Shown here: positions 60,509-64,000 of the stretch, one piece after another | How positions within the stretch are numbered: position 1 is the first letter of the stretch | Layout: every line of letters starts with the position of its first letter | NCBI RefSeq assembly: GCF_009914755.1 | Contig: NC_060940.1 | Source of the DNA: the human T2T-CHM13v2.0 reference genome, Homo sapiens | DNA length: 64,000 bases | Direction: 5' to 3' (one strand) | Notes under the pieces: generated by a model | Seen by the model: only the letters and a program-made list of their open reading frames with translations | Databases searched by the model: none | Told to the model about the DNA's origin: nothing | Program-made: the position numbers and the translations under genes

Positions 60509-61004
60509 GTAAGTTCCCCTTTACTCAGAATCCAGACCATCAACAAGCTCAGATAACCAGAAATGTTTTCAAATCTATGTGAACCTGAACTGTTCTCCTT
60601 CATCAGCGTCCTTAAAGGAAAGGCCTTCTGTTCAACATGGCTTTAGGGTTAAACATATTATTGTGTTTCAACTCGTTGGTAATTTTCATTCAGTATTTAT
60701 TACCAAGATATTCATAATCACACAGTTATCCAGCCTGAAGTAAGATAGTATTTAGATGAGTCATTTGTGATATACTCACTCAAAGTGATTCAACCTGCAA
60801 AATAATAAGAGAATACAAGTGAAAATTTCTCCCTTCACACTGACCCCTCACCCCCACCTGCCCTACGGTGACTTTGAATTTAGCTGTGCTTCTTTTTCCT
60901 TCAGTTGTCTTACTGTTCCCTAGGCCTTTACTTAAAGGCAGAAGCTGAGTGAATGTGGATTGATGTTGGGTTTTTTTTTGTGTGTGTTCTCTCTTTCCTC
61001 TTTG

Positions 61005-61362
61005 TTTTTTTTTTTTTTTTTTTTTTTTGAGACCAGGTCTTGCTCTGTCACCCAGGCTGGAGTACAGTGGTGTGATCATAGCTCTCTTCAGCCTGGACCT
61101 CCTGGGCTCTAGCGATCTTCCCATCCTCCAGAGTAGCTGGGACCCTGAGTAGCTGGGCCCACAGGCAGACACCACCACACCCGGCTAATTTTCTTTTCTT
61201 TTTTTTTCTTCCTTTTGGGACAGGCTCTCATTCTGTCACCCAGGCAGGAGTGCGGTAGTGCTATCACAGCTCACTAAAGCCTTGAACTCCAGGGCTTAGG
61301 GGATCCTCCCACTTCAGCCTCCAAAGTGCTGGGATTACAGGAGTGAGCCACTGTGCCTAGCC
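61005..61362 (-). mobile_element. Composite AluJ/FLAM-like fragments
   Basis: Two poly-T-headed reverse Alu arms; small internal duplication GAGTAGCTGGG. Confidence 0.8.
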
Positions 61363-61699
61363 TAGATGATGTAGTTTTCAGTATCTAACTCTGTACTGAA
61401 AGCGTAAAAAATACCAAACTAACAAACCAACCTTCTTGATGATAAATAACTCATTTACAATGTGATTTAGATCTTTCCCTTCATATTGTGTTGAGTCAGT
61501 TTTTACTGCTTGGGGTACCTAAGACTTTAACTATTTAACTACTATGCACATCCCAGTGAAAGTAGACTGTTGGTGTTATATTCACTTCTACAGTGGGGAG
61601 AAATGTATGTTAGCATATTTTTATTGCAATACTGGTATTTTGAGTACATAAAATAAATATATATATATAATGGAGTGTGTATATATGTGAGAGAGTGTG

Positions 61700-61980
61700 T
61701 GACAGGGTCTTGCTTTTTCACCCAGGCTGAAGTGCGGTGGCGTGATCATGGCTTGCTGCAGTCCCTCCCTCCAGGGCTCAAGCCATCCTCCCACCTCAGC
61801 CTCACAAGTAGCTGGGACTACAGGCACATGCCATCACACCTGGCTAACTTTTGTACTTTTTGTAGAAATGAGGTTTCACTGTGTTGCACAGGCTGGTCTC
61901 AAACTCCTGGGCTCAAGCTGTCCACTCACCTTGGCTTCCCAAAGTGTTGGGATTACAGGCGTGAGTCACTGTGCCTGGCC
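61700..61980 (-). mobile_element. AluJ-like
   Basis: Diverged reverse Alu consensus. Confidence 0.85.
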
Positions 61981-64000
61981 GAGAATATTAGTGATCATTC
62001 AGTTGATTGCCTTGTATATCTCTAGACTCGAGCCGTAAAGTTTCCCATTCAACTTTCTCTATCAGTTGCAGTGAAGAGAATCAATTTTTAATAAGAGAGT
62101 TTCAAACTTGTTCTTAATATATTCTTTCTGAAAGAGGAAAGGCTGTATCCTTTATTTTTGGATAATGCTTTTGAAATATTTGATAACTTGTGCTTGACTA
62201 TTTTAGTTGTCTAACATGACCCATCCTATTGCTAAGTCTAAGCTCATTTCCACTTGTGCTAATGAAAGTTAGGAAAAAAGTTACCACTCCTTGTAGAGTT
62301 CACTTTAAAATATGGTACTTGAAAGCTATAGTTTATTACCCTAAAACATTTTTATAAACCTAGCAGTTATATCAATTTTTACTGTGGATTCTCTTCCTTA
62401 AATTATTTCAGAAAGCAAGCTTATAATCAAATTTATTTAACATAATGTCCTAATGCACATATAGTAATTTAGTTTTGTCTTAATAATAGATTATTAGCAT
62501 TAATGATTTTTATTTTAAATTGTGACATGAATAGTTAAGCTACAGGACCAATAGAGTAGGAGCTGTTGGTATAAAGCAATTATTAAGATTCAGGGAAGTT
62601 TCTGATTGTAATATTTGAAGACATTGTTCTTAGGAATTTTAAAAAAGAATTTCTTTTCAAAATAGAATTACTTTACCTTTTTCAAAAAAATTTTGGCCCT
62701 AAAAATCTAAATACATTTTAAAGAGAACCAAAACAACAGCTCGTTTTTTTGAAAGTTGCTTTTTGACTGTCTTAACCTTCTGCTAGTGACCAGACTCTCT
62801 ATTCAATAAAGCCTATGTGCCCTTTGCTCCTAAAGACCCTTTCAGAATGTATGCATTCCTCTTTTCACGATTGTTGCTTTGTGTTTTCAAACACACAAAC
62901 ATATTTCACTACCTGGCTTCTCAGAACTGATTCGAAGCGATAAGTTGGAAAGCAACAAGGCCGTAAAAGGAGTCAAATGCATACAGCAGGAAACCACAGA
63001 AAATGGCTGATTGCAAGGGAAAACTCTAGACAGTAGATCTGTAGAAAGCATTCGCGACCTCAGGAAGCATAAGATACAGCCTTTTAACAAAATAACAGCC
63101 TTGCAGATCAAGAGTTATGCAAAATAATTTACAGTCATAATGATACATCAATGATCAAGAAAAAAATAAGGACATTTTCTTGTGGAAAGTGTTGACATGT
63201 TAAAAGCATTTTGGTCAAAAAGAACCAACACTTCAGTTTGGTCCTTTAAAGGAATCCAACCAAATTGAGGGGTTGGATAGCTGTTTGGGCAGCCCTTATA
63301 AGGAGTTTTGTTTATATTGTGTCAAGATAGAGGTTTCCACAGGTGTCTTATATAAGTGGCAAATATAAATTGATCCCATTCTTGCTGAAGTAGACAGTGC
63401 CCTCAAGTGGAATTAAAACAAACACACCACAAAAAAGAAGAAAAGAGAACCACTTCATGCTACCTCTGCTTTTACCCTCACTGAGTGTTACACAGATATT
63501 TCAGTCATGTTGGTTTGAAGGAGGTGCCTAACCTGTATCCTGTCTTGGCTAAACCACATGTCTCATGCTGGCTTGTAGAGGGAGAGACTTTTAGGAACGT
63601 TACCATTATGGAATACTTCATTATCTAGCAGTGCTTTCTAAAAGAAGTGTTCCACTGTGTATAGATTTGCCAGGTTGTTTGATCATTAAGTGATTAAATC
63701 TAAAATTTGGTTCTTTAGGAGTATTTATTTTTTAATTGCTAGAATAAAATAAATATGATAGTGCTATCAATTGCAGCCATTACCCAGAATAATGGAAATG
63801 GATACCTCTATCTCAAGGAAGGATGAAATGAAAGTACTGTCTTTGGAAACCAGATAGCCACATTCTTATGACAGGGATACCTAGGAAGTATTGTTTTCAG
63901 CAGAAAATTAATTAAAATAATGAAGTAAAGTCTCAGTTTAAATTAATGAAATTGTGTAGTTTTTTAACCATCAGTTAAAATAGGTTTGAGAATGAGCCTA

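Noticed and set aside
60509-64000. CYLD coding exon
   Set aside because: No CYLD protein sequence is visible; the first coding exon lies beyond the window

Overview
Human chromosome 16q12.1 DNA. The window holds the complete NOD2 (CARD15) gene on the + strand: an upstream CpG-island first exon (donor at 9297), the classical exon 1 (Met1 at 12878), 11 further coding exons giving a 1040-aa CARD-CARD-NACHT-LRR protein (stop 47453), and a polyA signal at 48690. About 9 kb downstream lie the CYLD CpG-island promoter, its first three non-coding exons and MIR3181; the CYLD CDS starts beyond the window. The rest is mostly Alu, L1, L2, MIR, MaLR/ERV LTR and DNA-transposon remnants, including a near full-length Hsmar1 mariner in intron 10. 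The haplotype lacks the Crohn (R702W, G908R, 1007fs) and Blau (R334) alleles. No new gene system can be proven from sequence alone. The best candidates are: (1) two chains of stop/start-coupled uORFs in NOD2 exon 1, one ending in a spliced 179-aa +1-frame alternative ORF; (2) two DR3 vitamin-D response elements that appear to have been built inside transposons, one by a 9-bp microduplication in a MaLR LTR; (3) a duplicated kB-site module flanking the upstream promoter; (4) a perfect double-YY1 palindrome in intron 6. Repeat subfamily names, repeat boundaries and dbSNP/literature links are recalled from memory and need checking.
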